Origin: Cyanobacteriota bacterium
GTDB lineage: Bacteria; Cyanobacteriota; Cyanobacteriia; Cyanobacteriales; Nostocaceae
Assembly (NCBI GenBank): GCA_046045965.1
Contig: JBJOKS010000012.1
Span: forward strand, 64,001 to 128,000
Length of the DNA stretch: 64,000 bases
Direction of reading: 5' to 3'
In this document: positions 53,101-63,727 of the stretch, piece by piece
How the letters are laid out: each line of letters begins with the position of its first letter
Position numbering within the stretch: position 1 is the first letter of the stretch
Position numbers and translations under genes: made by a program
Notes under the pieces: model-generated
The model's database searches: none
Told to the model about the DNA's origin: nothing
What the model saw: only the letters and a program-made list of their open reading frames with translations

Positions 53101-53259
53101 ATCTTTTATTTTCCCTACTATCGTTGAATTCAAAATTAATAGGTATAATTATCTCCTATTATTGTGGATTCTCTTTATACTTAATAGAGTTTTAATTTTT
53201 GTGAGAATCAAAAATTATATCTTTCACTATTAATGACTAATGACAAAAGATTCAGCAAC

Positions 53260-54423
53260 TTAAATAGTGGCGACAATTTGACCAATTTTGCTAATATCAT
53301 AACCGCCAAGAACTTCTAATTGCGAGTGAACCAGCCGATGGTCTAAAGTGCTAAGTAATTGCTTGACTGGTGATTCATCTAGATGTTCTTTAAGAATTAC
53401 TAAATCGTACCTTGACTGATGTAGAGGAATAAAATCTAGTCCAAAGGTGATAGCCACAGAAGCGGTACTAATACCAGCATCAACTATACCAGATGCGATC
53501 GCACTAGCAACATCTTGATGACTATAAACAATTTGCTCAAATCCTTGTAAATCTTGAAATGATAAATGTTCTTTGGTTAATGTTTGTTCTAACAAAAATC
53601 TACTGCCAGAACCTTCTTCTCGATTAATAATTGTTGCTTTTTTTGCCACTAAATCAGTAATATTTTTAATATCTTTGGGGTTTCCTGATTGTACCATAAT
53701 TCCTTCTTCCCAAACTCCCAAAGTAATTAAAACAGCTTCCTTGCCAGCTAAAACTTCACGCACAAAAGGAGTATTATACTCTCCTGTTTTTGGGTCATAT
53801 AAGTGCATTCCGGCAATATGAGCTTCACCTCTAGATAAACTATGTAACGCCGCCATACTATTAGCAAAGTGAAAGTGTACTCGCAACTGAGGATGCCAAC
53901 GTTCAGTAGCTCTAGCCCAGAGAGAAATCACAGGTGAACAACCAGCAATCACAACTGTATTATACAAATTATCAACATTATCATCTAACAAACGCACCCG
54001 AATTTTATTGGTATTGGTATTGATATTTGTATTTATATTGGTATTTATTTGCCTTTCACCTTCACCATCAGCAGGAATCATATCTTGGCGAAAAGCATCT
54101 TTACCAATCAAAGGATAAGCTATCCATTGACCTCCTACCCGTGCTAAACTCACCCGCAGTTGTTGTATATTTGGAGCAGATTTAGCAAGTACAGCTTCAA
54201 TTTCTGGTAAATCTTGCTCTAACCAAAATAACTCTTCAACTTGACAACCAAGTGCCTTAGCTAACCGCAGTGAAATAGCTACCGAGGGCGCATATTGTCC
54301 CGACTCTACACCACTGATAGTCTGACGAGTTACACTAGCTAAATTAGCCAAATCTTGTTGACTCATCCCTAACCGCGTTCTAATTGATTTCAAGTTATTA
54401 CGGAGGTTACTATCCTGCTTCAT
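53260..54423 (-). CDS. XRE-HTH + molybdate-binding (PBP) transcriptional regulator, VnfR-like
   Basis: SQQDLANLASVTRQTISGVESG HTH; HIAGMHL, INREEGSGSR, SHQDVA PBP-like domain; next to mop and nifH. Confidence 0.85.
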   Translation of the reverse strand: MKQDSNLRNNLKSIRTRLGMSQQDLANLASVTRQTISGVESGQYAPSVAISLRLAKALGCQVEELFWLEQDLPEIEAVLAKSAPNIQQLRVSLARVGGQWIAYPLIGKDAFRQDMIPADGEGERQINTNINTNINTNTNKIRVRLLDDNVDNLYNTVVIAGCSPVISLWARATERWHPQLRVHFHFANSMAALHSLSRGEAHIAGMHLYDPKTGEYNTPFVREVLAGKEAVLITLGVWEEGIMVQSGNPKDIKNITDLVAKKATIINREEGSGSRFLLEQTLTKEHLSFQDLQGFEQIVYSHQDVASAIASGIVDAGISTASVAITFGLDFIPLHQSRYDLVILKEHLDESPVKQLLSTLDHRLVHSQLEVLGGYDISKIGQIVATI

Positions 54424-54466
54424 TGGCTTTATATTTTAATTTCTAGAAGCCATAGCGGATTTAAAG

Positions 54467-54620
54467 AAATCTGCTAAAGCAAAGCACGGTTAATGTATAT
54501 CATTTTTGTTCAAATTATTTTTGTGCTTCTGCTTTCTTGATTCCCTTGATTTTAACCATATCACAACATTTTGCTAATTTACTTGCTAGGCGCAAATTTT
54601 TTAGCTGAATTTTGCTGACA
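54467..54620 (-). promoter_or_regulatory. Conserved promoter/operator and leader, copy B (upstream of VnfR-like gene)
   Basis: Homologous to 52451-52600. Confidence 0.7.
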
Positions 54621-54927
54621 GATTTATTATGTATATTTATGTAACATTTATGAGAAAAAATCAAAAAATTAACTTGTTATCAAACCTGTTCTGCATCTAG
54701 ATTAACAGATTAACGTCACAAAACTTCATGAACTTTTTTATATCCAGTTATAAAGAAAATATGTTGAAAATTAGATGATATGAAATATCAACTATATAAA
54801 CATTCATAAGGGAGTGAACGGTTTTCAGATGGGAATATTTCAAAACTTGACGTAATTTCCAACCTGATCATCCAGAATGATAAAGATTACGTCAGTATCT
54901 TGTTCTTTTCAAAAAGGACGAAATTAT

Positions 54928-55302
54928 ATGACTAAACAATACCTATCCCCAGATGATTTGCCTACTTATAAAACTACGCAAATCAGTGAAGTATTAATGA
55001 GTCAACTGGAAGAAGTAACTAAAAAACGCTTTTTCCTAGCGTGCGATAATATGGTACGCGTTTTGTTATCCAGTTGCCATTGGTATTTCAAAGTTAATGG
55101 TGGTATTTTAATGTTAATCATGGTTTGTCATGATATCGAAAGTTACCAAAATATCATGACTACTGTTCCCTATTTAGCGGATAAGTTAAAGCGGTTTGCT
55201 AACAAAGCCAAAATTAGTATCAGTTCCCCAGTTAATAACGGTATCCCTTGGGTAATTAGCATAGATAAGGCTTGGCCAGGAGAAGATTTACCAACTACTT
55301 AA
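54928..55302 (+). CDS. Hypothetical protein (paralog of 50270-50638)
   Basis: MTKQYLSPDDLP...VLLSSCHW...KLKRF...PW; ATG at 54928 chosen by alignment with the paralog. Confidence 0.75.
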   Translation: MTKQYLSPDDLPTYKTTQISEVLMSQLEEVTKKRFFLACDNMVRVLLSSCHWYFKVNGGILMLIMVCHDIESYQNIMTTVPYLADKLKRFANKAKISISSPVNNGIPWVISIDKAWPGEDLPTT

Positions 55303-55360
55303 TACCTATCAATTAGACCCCCGAATTCTTAAAAAAGTCGGGGATCTACTATATGATTAT

Positions 55361-57289
55361 TTAGGATTCCATCTCTGCTAATTCTAACCAGCGTTCTGTC
55401 GCTACATCAATCGCTTTTTTTAGTGTTTCTACCTGTTCATATAGCTTTTGAACTTGAGTATAATTTCCCGCCGCAACGTTAACTAATGCTTTTTCTGTTG
55501 CTGCTTTTTCATCCTCTAATTGAGTAATTTTACCTTCTAATTGTTCAAATTCTCGTTTTTCCCAATTAGATAACCGACGACGTTTTTTAGTTTCGGTTTC
55601 TGGAGATGGTAATTTTTCCTCAGTGGGATTTTTGGGCTTTTCTTGAGTGTTAGCTACTTCTTGTTGTGCTGCTGCTTCTTCTGCTTTTTTGTAATCTAAA
55701 TAAACGGAATAATTACCAGGATATTGCCGTAAATTACCACCTTCTTCTAAAGCAAAGATTGTGTCTACAGTTCTATCTAAAAAATACCGATCATGGGAAA
55801 CTACAATCACACATCCAGCAAAATCTTCTAAATAATCTTCCAAAACTGCTAATGTTTGTACATCTAAATCATTAGTTGGTTCATCTAAAATCAAAACATT
55901 AGGCGCTCCGATGAGCAATCGTAACAGAAATAAACGCCGTTTTTCTCCACCAGAAAGTTTATGAATTGGTGCATATTGCTGATTTCCCGGAAATAAAAAC
56001 CGCTCTAACATTTGGGAAGCAGTAATTTTAGTTCCGTCAGCTATTTTGATAAATTCCCCTTCTTCTTTAATATAATCAATTACGCGCTGATCTTCATTAA
56101 CTGCTTCTAGTAATTCTTCAGAATGCTGGTCAAAATAAGCGATATGAATGGTGCTACCAATTTCTACAGTACCGCTATCTGGGGGAATGCGTCCGGTGAT
56201 AATATTCATTAAAGTTGATTTACCAGCACCATTACCACCAATAATCCCAATTCTATCTTCGGGACTAAATTCATAGGTGAAATTATTAATTAAAGTTCTA
56301 TCATTGTAAGCTTTAGTAATGTGATTGAGTTCAATAACTTTTTTACCAATACGTCGGCCAACTGTGGAAATATCAACTTTACCCTGAGCTTGTTTAAACT
56401 CTGTATCACGCAGTGCATGAGCGCGTTCAATTCTGGCTTTTTGTTTGGTACTTCTAGCTTTAGGTCCACGTTTTAGCCATTCTAATTCCCGACGTAATAT
56501 ACCTTGATGTTTACGTTGACTACTCACAGCAGACTCTTCTGCTAAAGCTTTCTTTTCTAGATAATAGGAATAATTCCCTGAATAGGTGTAAATATCACCC
56601 CGATCAATTTCGATAATTCTATTAGTAACTTTATCTAAAAAATAGCGGTCGTGAGTAATGAGAAATAATGCACCACGAAAACGATTTAAATAACTTTGTA
56701 ACCATTCCACAGATAAAGCATCAAGATGGTTTGTGGGTTCATCCATCAGTAATACATCGGGTTCTGCTAACAAAGCTGTTGCTAGTGCTATGCGTTTACG
56801 ATAACCTCCAGATAATGTCCCGACTTTAACATCAAAGTCAGCAATTCCTAATTTAGTGAGAATGATTTTAGCGTTGGTTTCTAATTCCCATGCACCAGTC
56901 GAGTCCATTTTTTGCATGACAGTAGATAAGCGAGACATTAGCTGACTATCTTCGGGATAATGAGCTAATTTATCGGAAAGTTCTTCATATTCCCGCACTA
57001 AATTTGTATGTTCACCGCTATCAGCAAAGACTTGTTCTAAAACTGTGCGGTTTTCATCTACATCTGGCTGTTGGGGTAAGTAGATAATTTTAGACCCAGA
57101 GTTGCTTAAAATTTGACCGCCATCAATTGATTCTAGTCCGGCTATCATTTTTAATAAGGTTGATTTACCGGAACCGTTAGTACCAATTAAGCCTACTTTA
57201 TCATTGGCATCTATACTAAATGTAGCATCCTTTAATATTTCTTTGATCCCAAAGTCTTTTTTAACTGACTGTAATGTAATAATACTCAT
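55361..57289 (-). CDS. ABC-F family ATPase (Uup-like)
   Basis: Two NBDs (GTNGSGKST/LSGG/DEPTNHLD and GGNGAGKST/LSGGE/DEPTNDLD), no TM. True start MSIITL at 57289; the upstream extension in the track is STRR. Confidence 0.94.
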   Translation of the reverse strand: MSIITLQSVKKDFGIKEILKDATFSIDANDKVGLIGTNGSGKSTLLKMIAGLESIDGGQILSNSGSKIIYLPQQPDVDENRTVLEQVFADSGEHTNLVREYEELSDKLAHYPEDSQLMSRLSTVMQKMDSTGAWELETNAKIILTKLGIADFDVKVGTLSGGYRKRIALATALLAEPDVLLMDEPTNHLDALSVEWLQSYLNRFRGALFLITHDRYFLDKVTNRIIEIDRGDIYTYSGNYSYYLEKKALAEESAVSSQRKHQGILRRELEWLKRGPKARSTKQKARIERAHALRDTEFKQAQGKVDISTVGRRIGKKVIELNHITKAYNDRTLINNFTYEFSPEDRIGIIGGNGAGKSTLMNIITGRIPPDSGTVEIGSTIHIAYFDQHSEELLEAVNEDQRVIDYIKEEGEFIKIADGTKITASQMLERFLFPGNQQYAPIHKLSGGEKRRLFLLRLLIGAPNVLILDEPTNDLDVQTLAVLEDYLEDFAGCVIVVSHDRYFLDRTVDTIFALEEGGNLRQYPGNYSVYLDYKKAEEAAAQQEVANTQEKPKNPTEEKLPSPETETKKRRRLSNWEKREFEQLEGKITQLEDEKAATEKALVNVAAGNYTQVQKLYEQVETLKKAIDVATERWLELAEMES

Positions 57290-57405
57290 AAAATTAGGTA
57301 ATTGGTAATTGGTAATTGGTAATTGGTGATTGGGTAAGAGGTAATTGGGAAAGAGGTAATTTGTCATGAATGATTTACTGTTACCTGTCACCTGCCACCT
57401 GTCAC

Positions 57406-57825
57406 CTAACTCACAAATAAATCAATAGGTAAATGTCCATACATTTCATTAACTCCCCCCTCTTGATAGGATTGACAAGAAACTAATACTCCGCGATGAT
57501 GACCAGCATAGGAATCTAAATAACACAGTCCATTTTTACCGTTTAATTTGATATAAACTGGACCTTCTGGGTGGGGTAAATTATCTGGTGCTTGATAACC
57601 GAAAGCTTGAGAATAGGTTTTCATTGCCAAAATTCCTTCTTCGGCTGTCTCAGCACAAATACCTAAAATTTGGTAGTCAGAAAGGCTAGTGAGTAAAATT
57701 ATAGCTTCACGGGTTAAAGCTTTTTCTAATGGCTTGAGAATAGGTGCTATATCTAAGCAGTTGAATTTGTTGAGGATTTTTTTAGCTTCTGAGACGGTGA
57801 GGTTTGTGTGATTAGAAGTTGACAT
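57406..57825 (-). CDS. DUF1824 family protein
   Basis: SDYQILGICA, GPVYIK.N, YLDSYAG..RGVLVSCQ, YGHLP.DLF. Confidence 0.8.
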   Translation of the reverse strand: MSTSNHTNLTVSEAKKILNKFNCLDIAPILKPLEKALTREAIILLTSLSDYQILGICAETAEEGILAMKTYSQAFGYQAPDNLPHPEGPVYIKLNGKNGLCYLDSYAGHHRGVLVSCQSYQEGGVNEMYGHLPIDLFVS

Positions 57826-58043
57826 ATATTTTGTTTATTCTTGCTCCAGTTTTTGGTGTGTTAACAAGGTGAGACTTGCTCACCTTACGAGTATTTTTGA
57901 CTAAGCATTCAGCGTAAACCGACCAGCAGTGAGCTTTTTAAAGCTTACACCCAAACTCACTATTTGATAATCTACCGCTTTATCAAACATTCTGACTCCT
58001 GACTCCTGACTCCTGAATTCTTACATTTTTGATACAGATCAAG

Positions 58044-58892
58044 TCAAGATTGGTTTGACATCTTCCCTAAGTTGAAAATGAAGGGTATGCTACCTTGGGA
58101 ACCTTCACCCATAACTAGCACATTTGGCATTTGTGCGCCACCTGTTTTCCAAGCTTCAATTGCTTCTTTTTGTAAAACTAATTGTCCTCCTTGAGCTTTG
58201 AGAGTTTCTGCTAAGAGTCTTTGAGCTTCGGCTTTACCTTTAGCGCGATTAATTTCAGCTAGGGCTTCTTGTTCGGCTTCTCTGGCTATATAGACGGCTC
58301 TTTGCGCTCGCTGTTCCGCAATTTGTTTTTCTTCAACTGCTCGCGCAAATTCTGGTGAAAACGTCAGGTCAACTACGCTCGTATCTAATACAATTATCCC
58401 ATATTTCTCTAAGCGATCGCCTAATGCTGTATCAAAATCCTCTTTTAATTCACTTCTTTTAGTAATTGCTTCTTCTACTGTGCGTCTTGCTGCTGCTATT
58501 TTAAATGCTTCCTGAGTCTGAGGAGCAATAATTTTAGAAACAATATTTTCTAATGTTCCTTGTTTTCTTCTGACTTGAACTACTTGGATCGGATCAAGGC
58601 GAAAGTTAATAGCAAATCTCGCAGTTAAATTTTGCAAATCTTTGGTAGAACTTTCTGCGGGAACTTCAAATTTTTGCACCGTTAAATCATACACATCTAT
58701 CACTGAGATAAATGGTGGTTTAATGTGAATACCTTCTGTTAAAGCACCGTCTCTAGCTTTTCCCAAGATGCTAATCACTCCCGCTTGTCCAGGATTTATA
58801 ATCACAAAGGAATTTAAAGTCAAAATTACTAATATTGCCGCTATTATTCCTATAATTGAAGTCTGTAAATTTCCCAGTTGTTGATTTTTCAA
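58044..58892 (-). CDS. Prohibitin/SPFH (band 7) family protein
   Basis: N-terminal TM, STKDLQ, FSPEFARAVEEKQIAEQ, AKGKAEA. Confidence 0.92.
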   Translation of the reverse strand: MKNQQLGNLQTSIIGIIAAILVILTLNSFVIINPGQAGVISILGKARDGALTEGIHIKPPFISVIDVYDLTVQKFEVPAESSTKDLQNLTARFAINFRLDPIQVVQVRRKQGTLENIVSKIIAPQTQEAFKIAAARRTVEEAITKRSELKEDFDTALGDRLEKYGIIVLDTSVVDLTFSPEFARAVEEKQIAEQRAQRAVYIAREAEQEALAEINRAKGKAEAQRLLAETLKAQGGQLVLQKEAIEAWKTGGAQMPNVLVMGEGSQGSIPFIFNLGKMSNQS

Positions 58893-59029
58893 AGTTTTAT
58901 CTCCTTGTTATATACAGATTTGTGAGTAAAATAACACAAATTAAGTTAATTAAAACTAAGATTTACCCAGTATTTAGATTTTTAATGACAATTTGGCTCA
59001 AAATAACTGAAAAATATCTATTTTTAACC

Positions 59030-59179
59030 GGGAGCATCCCAAATATGTAAGTTTATTTTTTTATTGAGGCCAAGACATGAAAAGAACGAACCACGAAGGG
59101 ACGAAGGACACGAAGGAAAGAAAGTTTTAGAGAGATTTTGCAGTGGCCAAGTTTATTTTTTCCAAATTGGGATGCTCCC
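59030..59179. mobile_element. MITE with TIR GGGAGCATCCCAA and near-perfect 9-bp target duplication
   Basis: GGGAGCATCCCAA...TTGGGATGCTCCC; flanks TTTTTAACC / TTTTTAAAC. Confidence 0.8.
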
Positions 59180-59288
59180 TTTTTAAACTAGGTTTTTTAA
59201 AATACACCGCTAGTAATATAATTCTCTTGCTCAGGAATCAGGATGAAGATACATAATTTATGGTAATATTGGCTGCACGCGACTTTAA

Positions 59289-61103
59289 ATGGCTGTGGCT
59301 ACAGGAATCAAATCTCACAAAGCATCAAGAAGGCGTAGGCATTCTGTACATCCTCTGCAACGTCTGCTTGACTATGGACATGAATATCAACGACAAATTT
59401 GGTTAGCTGCTGGTGCTTCTATCCTCAATAAAGTTTTTGACCTAGCACCACCGGCTTTAATTGGTATTGCGGTGGATGTGGTTGTTAAACAACAAGATTC
59501 TATCATTGCCCAGTTAGGTATTAAAAATATTTCTGGACAATTTGCTGTTTTATCATTTCTCACAGTCGTTACTTGGATTTTAGAGTCATTTTTTGAGTAT
59601 CGTTACAAGTTACTGTGGCGGAATTTGGGGCAGAATATTCAGCATAATTTACGTCTGGATGCTTATAAACACCTGCAAGAGTTGGAATTGGCTTATTTTG
59701 AAGAACGTAGTACGGGTGGTTTGATGTCTATCCTCAGTGATGATGTTAACCAACTAGAGCGTTTTTTGGATGTGGGTGCAAATGATCTGATCCAAGTAAT
59801 TACAACTATTGTAATTATTGGTGGTGCATTTTTTATTTTAGCTCCTGGTGTAGCATGGCTGGCCATGTTACCTATGCCCTTTATTCTAGTGGGTTCAGTC
59901 GCTTTTCAGAAATTACTTGCTCCCCGCTATGCTGAAGTCAGAGAAAAGGTAGGTTTACTTAATGGCAGATTATCTAATAATCTGAGTGGGATTACTACTA
60001 TTAAAAGTTTTACATCTGAAGATTATGAAGCGGCGCGAGTAGAATTAGAAAGTAATGCCTATCGCGTCAGTAATGCGAAAGCAATTGCTTTTTCTGCGGC
60101 TTATATTCCCATTATTAGAATGTTGATTTTGGCAGCATTTACAGTATTGTTGATTTTTGGGGGAATGCAAGTAATTGCAGGTAAATTAGCAGTTGGAGCT
60201 TATAGTTCTTTAGTGTTTTTAGTGCAATTGTTATTGTGGCCTTTAACCAGATTAGGAGATACTTTTGATCTATATCAAAGGGCAATGGCTTCTACTAATC
60301 GAGTCATGGATTTGTTAGATACTCCGATTGAGATTCATACAGGAAATATTAATTTACCTGTGGATTTAGTGCGCGGTGCAGTGGAGTTTCAAAATGTGAC
60401 TTTTGCTTATAAAGATAGACCACCAGTAATTAAAAATCTATCTTTAGAAATTCCAGCGGGAAATACCATTGCTATTGTTGGTTCTACTGGTTCAGGAAAA
60501 AGCACGTTAGTTAAACTTTTGCTGCGATTTTATGAAGCCCAACATGGTAAAATTATTCTTGATGGTGTGAATTTACAAAGTTTGAATTTACGAGATTTAC
60601 GTCGTTGTATTGGTTTGGTCAGTCAGGATGTGTTTTTATTTCATGGTACTGTAGCGGAAAATATCGCCTATGGCACATTTGACGCTTCCGAGGAAGATAT
60701 CATCATGGCCGCAAAAGTGGCAGAAGCTGATGATTTTATTATGCGGTTGCCCCAAGGTTATGAGACAATTGTGGGAGAGCGTGGTCAAAAGTTATCTGGT
60801 GGACAGAAACAACGCATTGCGATCGCTCGTGCTGTTCTCAAAAATCCCCCAATTCTGATCTTGGATGAAGCGACATCCGCAGTGGATAATGAAACAGAAG
60901 CAGCTATTCAGCGTTCTCTAGAAAGGATAACAGTCAATCGCACCACAATAGCGATCGCACATCGTCTTTCTACTATCCGCAATGCTGATTGCATTTATGT
61001 CATGGAACATGGACAATTAGTAGAGTCAGGAACCCATGAACAACTGTTGGAGAAAGATGGCGTTTACACCAATCTCTGGCGTGTACAATCCGGGTTAAGA
61101 TAG
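59289..61103 (+). CDS. ABC exporter, fused permease/ATPase
   Basis: TM domain plus [26 protein letters not shown]. Confidence 0.95.
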   Translation: MAVATGIKSHKASRRRRHSVHPLQRLLDYGHEYQRQIWLAAGASILNKVFDLAPPALIGIAVDVVVKQQDSIIAQLGIKNISGQFAVLSFLTVVTWILESFFEYRYKLLWRNLGQNIQHNLRLDAYKHLQELELAYFEERSTGGLMSILSDDVNQLERFLDVGANDLIQVITTIVIIGGAFFILAPGVAWLAMLPMPFILVGSVAFQKLLAPRYAEVREKVGLLNGRLSNNLSGITTIKSFTSEDYEAARVELESNAYRVSNAKAIAFSAAYIPIIRMLILAAFTVLLIFGGMQVIAGKLAVGAYSSLVFLVQLLLWPLTRLGDTFDLYQRAMASTNRVMDLLDTPIEIHTGNINLPVDLVRGAVEFQNVTFAYKDRPPVIKNLSLEIPAGNTIAIVGSTGSGKSTLVKLLLRFYEAQHGKIILDGVNLQSLNLRDLRRCIGLVSQDVFLFHGTVAENIAYGTFDASEEDIIMAAKVAEADDFIMRLPQGYETIVGERGQKLSGGQKQRIAIARAVLKNPPILILDEATSAVDNETEAAIQRSLERITVNRTTIAIAHRLSTIRNADCIYVMEHGQLVESGTHEQLLEKDGVYTNLWRVQSGLR

Positions 61104-61109
61104 ATTTTA

Positions 61110-61150
<41 letters not shown>

Positions 61151-61286
61151 ATGGCTAACGCCACGCTATGCTATCAGAATTTTAATAATTAAAAAAAATA
61201 ATTAATTATATTTATCACCAATCACCAATCACCAATTACCAATCACCAATTACCAATTACCAATTACCAATTACCAATTACCAAGT

Positions 61287-61730
61287 ATGTTTAGTAATAC
61301 CAAACCAGAAACAGGGGATACCAAGTGGCGGAGACAATTAGATAAATTTGTCAAAGAAAATCAACAAGAATTAGCCGCTTTATTTTGGGGATTGTGGTTA
61401 GAAAATGGCGACAGTCAGGGAACTATTGGCATTGATTTACAACCACAGCCGCATTTTGTTTATTGTCCCCAAGAAACTGTAGAAAAATTAAATGAGCGAG
61501 TGGAAAACCGACTGCAAGAACTTCTGGGAATTATTGATAATAATAAACCAGAAACAGAAGTTTTGATGATTGGTATTGGTAAGGGGGAAATTAAGTTAAT
61601 TCAATTTGCACCTGAACCAGCACCACAGGTTTGTTTTGAGCAAGTTGGTAAGGATGTGGATACTTTATTGGAATTGCTCGAACAAAAGATGAGTCAAGAT
61701 TTAGAAAGTATAATTGGAGAAAATAAATAA
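61287..61730 (+). CDS. ccmS: Probable beta-carboxysome assembly chaperone CcmS
   Basis: WRRQLDKFVKENQQELAAL.WGL...GIDL.P.PHFVYC matches the family as I recall it; close to ccmK3/K4. Confidence 0.6.
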   Translation: MFSNTKPETGDTKWRRQLDKFVKENQQELAALFWGLWLENGDSQGTIGIDLQPQPHFVYCPQETVEKLNERVENRLQELLGIIDNNKPETEVLMIGIGKGEIKLIQFAPEPAPQVCFEQVGKDVDTLLELLEQKMSQDLESIIGENK

Positions 61731-62293
61731 TGGCTAACAAACGTCTTGCTGATTTATTACAAGAAGAAGCTCAAAAATTTACACCCTCTCCAGGTGAAGC
61801 TGCGATTGAAGTTACTGCTGAAAAGGTGATTGAAACAAATATTTCTGCATCTGAAGAAACCGCAGTACAAACACCATCTGCAACTTCAGCTAAACGCACA
61901 ACTCCTACTAAAGCAGATTTAGAAGTCACTATTAAAGACTTGAAAGAAACTCTAGAAAAATCCCAGAATAAAACAGTTTCTCTGCAACGGACAATCTCTG
62001 ATTTAGAAACCGCTTTATCTGAACAGAAAGCTTTAGCAGAAAAGTTGAATAAAGAGCTTTATGAAACTAAGAAAACAGCACTTCAATTAGCAGAATCTAA
62101 CTCTAAGTTAATAGAAGAAAATAATGAATTAAAAAATAAACCTGTCAAAGAACCTGTCAAAGAACCTGTTAAAGAAATGTCCAAATCTTTATCCATTAAT
62201 CCCAAAAAATCACATAGATCACCTGAAAGACTGCAAGAAAAACCCACCCAAGCTAATGATGATTTTGCCGATAAAACCTGGTTGTACGATTAG
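61730..62293 (+). CDS. Coiled-coil protein, candidate type 2 McdB (carboxysome positioning)
   Basis: Charged N-terminus KRLADLLQEEA, disordered linker, central coiled coil, Trp in the last four residues (WLYD); overlaps the ccmS stop codon. Confidence 0.5.
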   Translation: MANKRLADLLQEEAQKFTPSPGEAAIEVTAEKVIETNISASEETAVQTPSATSAKRTTPTKADLEVTIKDLKETLEKSQNKTVSLQRTISDLETALSEQKALAEKLNKELYETKKTALQLAESNSKLIEENNELKNKPVKEPVKEPVKEMSKSLSINPKKSHRSPERLQEKPTQANDDFADKTWLYD

Positions 62294-62321
62294 AGTTGCA
62301 TCTGGAAATTCTCCCGAAATT

Positions 62322-63212
62322 CTACCGAAAATCTAAAATATGTTGAGCAGTAATTTCTGCTTGTTCCAAGTGGGGAATATGTCCACAATCTTTAATCCAG
62401 ATTAGCTGACTTTGGGGAATTGATTTTTTAAACTTGGGAGCATCCCCAGTTCCCAGAATTTTATCACTATCACCCCACAAAATCAGCGTTGACTGGGCAA
62501 TTTTTGCCAACTGCTGAAATTTAAAAGCACTATAACCACCACTTTTAGTAAAAGCAATCAACGCTTGATTCCAATTAGGCATTTTTAGGTGTAAATCACC
62601 ACAGCACAAAGCATCTTGGTTGATTAAATTTGGGTTTTTATAAGCAGAACGACAAATGCGATCGCGCACTTTGGGATTCCGTAAAAACTCCGCTGCTAAA
62701 TTATATAACTGGGGAATCATTAATTTACTCAAAGCCGAACCGCCCTTCAACCCCGCACTATCAATTAATACGAGTTTCTGTACAACTTCTGGGTAAGTCA
62801 GGGTAAAATCAATAGCCGCAGCACCACCCATAGAAGCACCCACCAAAATCACAGGTTGGTTAATCAGGGTTTTCCAGAAATAATAGAGATGGGTTTTAAT
62901 AGCTAGAGGACTATATGCAATATCCGGTTGTCTGTCTGTAAAACCAAAACCCAATAAATCTACAGCCCAAGTTTCATTATCTTCAGCCAGCAGGGGTACA
63001 AGCCGCCGAAACTCTAAAATCGAACTGTCAAAACCATGAACTAATAAAATTGGTGTACCTCCACTACCCTGATGTAAGTAAGTAGTGGTAATTGATTCTG
63101 GACTTAAAGGAGTAGCGATCGCTTGACTTTGGATACTTTGAGCCAAAGCGATAGAAGTGGGTTCTGTCAGTTGCCCAACGGCAGCGGGTAAAAAACTTGG
63201 AAACATAAACAT
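62322..63212 (-). CDS. Alpha/beta hydrolase
   Basis: LVHGFDSS, DLLGFG, GASMGG nucleophile elbow, WGDSD, CGHIPH. Confidence 0.93.
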   Translation of the reverse strand: MFMFPSFLPAAVGQLTEPTSIALAQSIQSQAIATPLSPESITTTYLHQGSGGTPILLVHGFDSSILEFRRLVPLLAEDNETWAVDLLGFGFTDRQPDIAYSPLAIKTHLYYFWKTLINQPVILVGASMGGAAAIDFTLTYPEVVQKLVLIDSAGLKGGSALSKLMIPQLYNLAAEFLRNPKVRDRICRSAYKNPNLINQDALCCGDLHLKMPNWNQALIAFTKSGGYSAFKFQQLAKIAQSTLILWGDSDKILGTGDAPKFKKSIPQSQLIWIKDCGHIPHLEQAEITAQHILDFR

Positions 63213-63333
63213 TAGTTTACATCATCCTCGCCCCTGACTACTGACAAAAAGAAAATTTTCCCAAATGAAAAAATGGGAACCAAAGCCTCGTACAATAAAT
63301 ATCACTTATTCCGGATTTCAGGAGAGTCAGTCC

Positions 63334-63645
63334 ATGCCAATGGCGGTTGGCGTAATTGAAACTTTAGGTTTTCCCTGTGTACTAGCAGCAGCAGACGCAA
63401 TGGTTAAATCTGCCGCTGTCACAATCGTATATTATGGCATCGCAGAAAGCGGACGCTTGTTAGTCGCAGTTAGGGGACACGTTGCAGAAGTGAAAACAGC
63501 AGTTGCAGCGGGAATTGCTTCTGGAGAGGAAGTTTATGGTGGTCAAGTTATCACTCATTATATAGTTCCCAATCCCCCGGAAAATGTGGAAACAATTCTA
63601 CCCATCCATTTCACTTCCAAATCTGAGCCTTTCCGTGCCTTCTAG
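63334..63645 (+). CDS. ccmK3: Carboxysome shell protein CcmK3
   Basis: [27 protein letters not shown] domain; first gene of a tandem pair. Confidence 0.9.
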   Translation: MPMAVGVIETLGFPCVLAAADAMVKSAAVTIVYYGIAESGRLLVAVRGHVAEVKTAVAAGIASGEEVYGGQVITHYIVPNPPENVETILPIHFTSKSEPFRAF

Positions 63646-63727
63646 GTAAGTTTGCTTTCAAAGTTAGCAGCACAGATTCGTCAAATGAACTTGTAGCAGA
63701 TAATTTTATTCATAAAGGAGATTAATA

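Noticed and set aside
54005..54050. INTNINTNINTNTN tract in the VnfR-like protein
   Set aside because: Simple in-frame microsatellite in a linker; no evidence of function.
57289..57391. N-terminal extensions in the ORF track (ABC-F, ruvX, sqs, mop, ccmK3)
   Set aside because: They are STRR-derived or overlap upstream sequence; downstream starts fit the family N-termini better.
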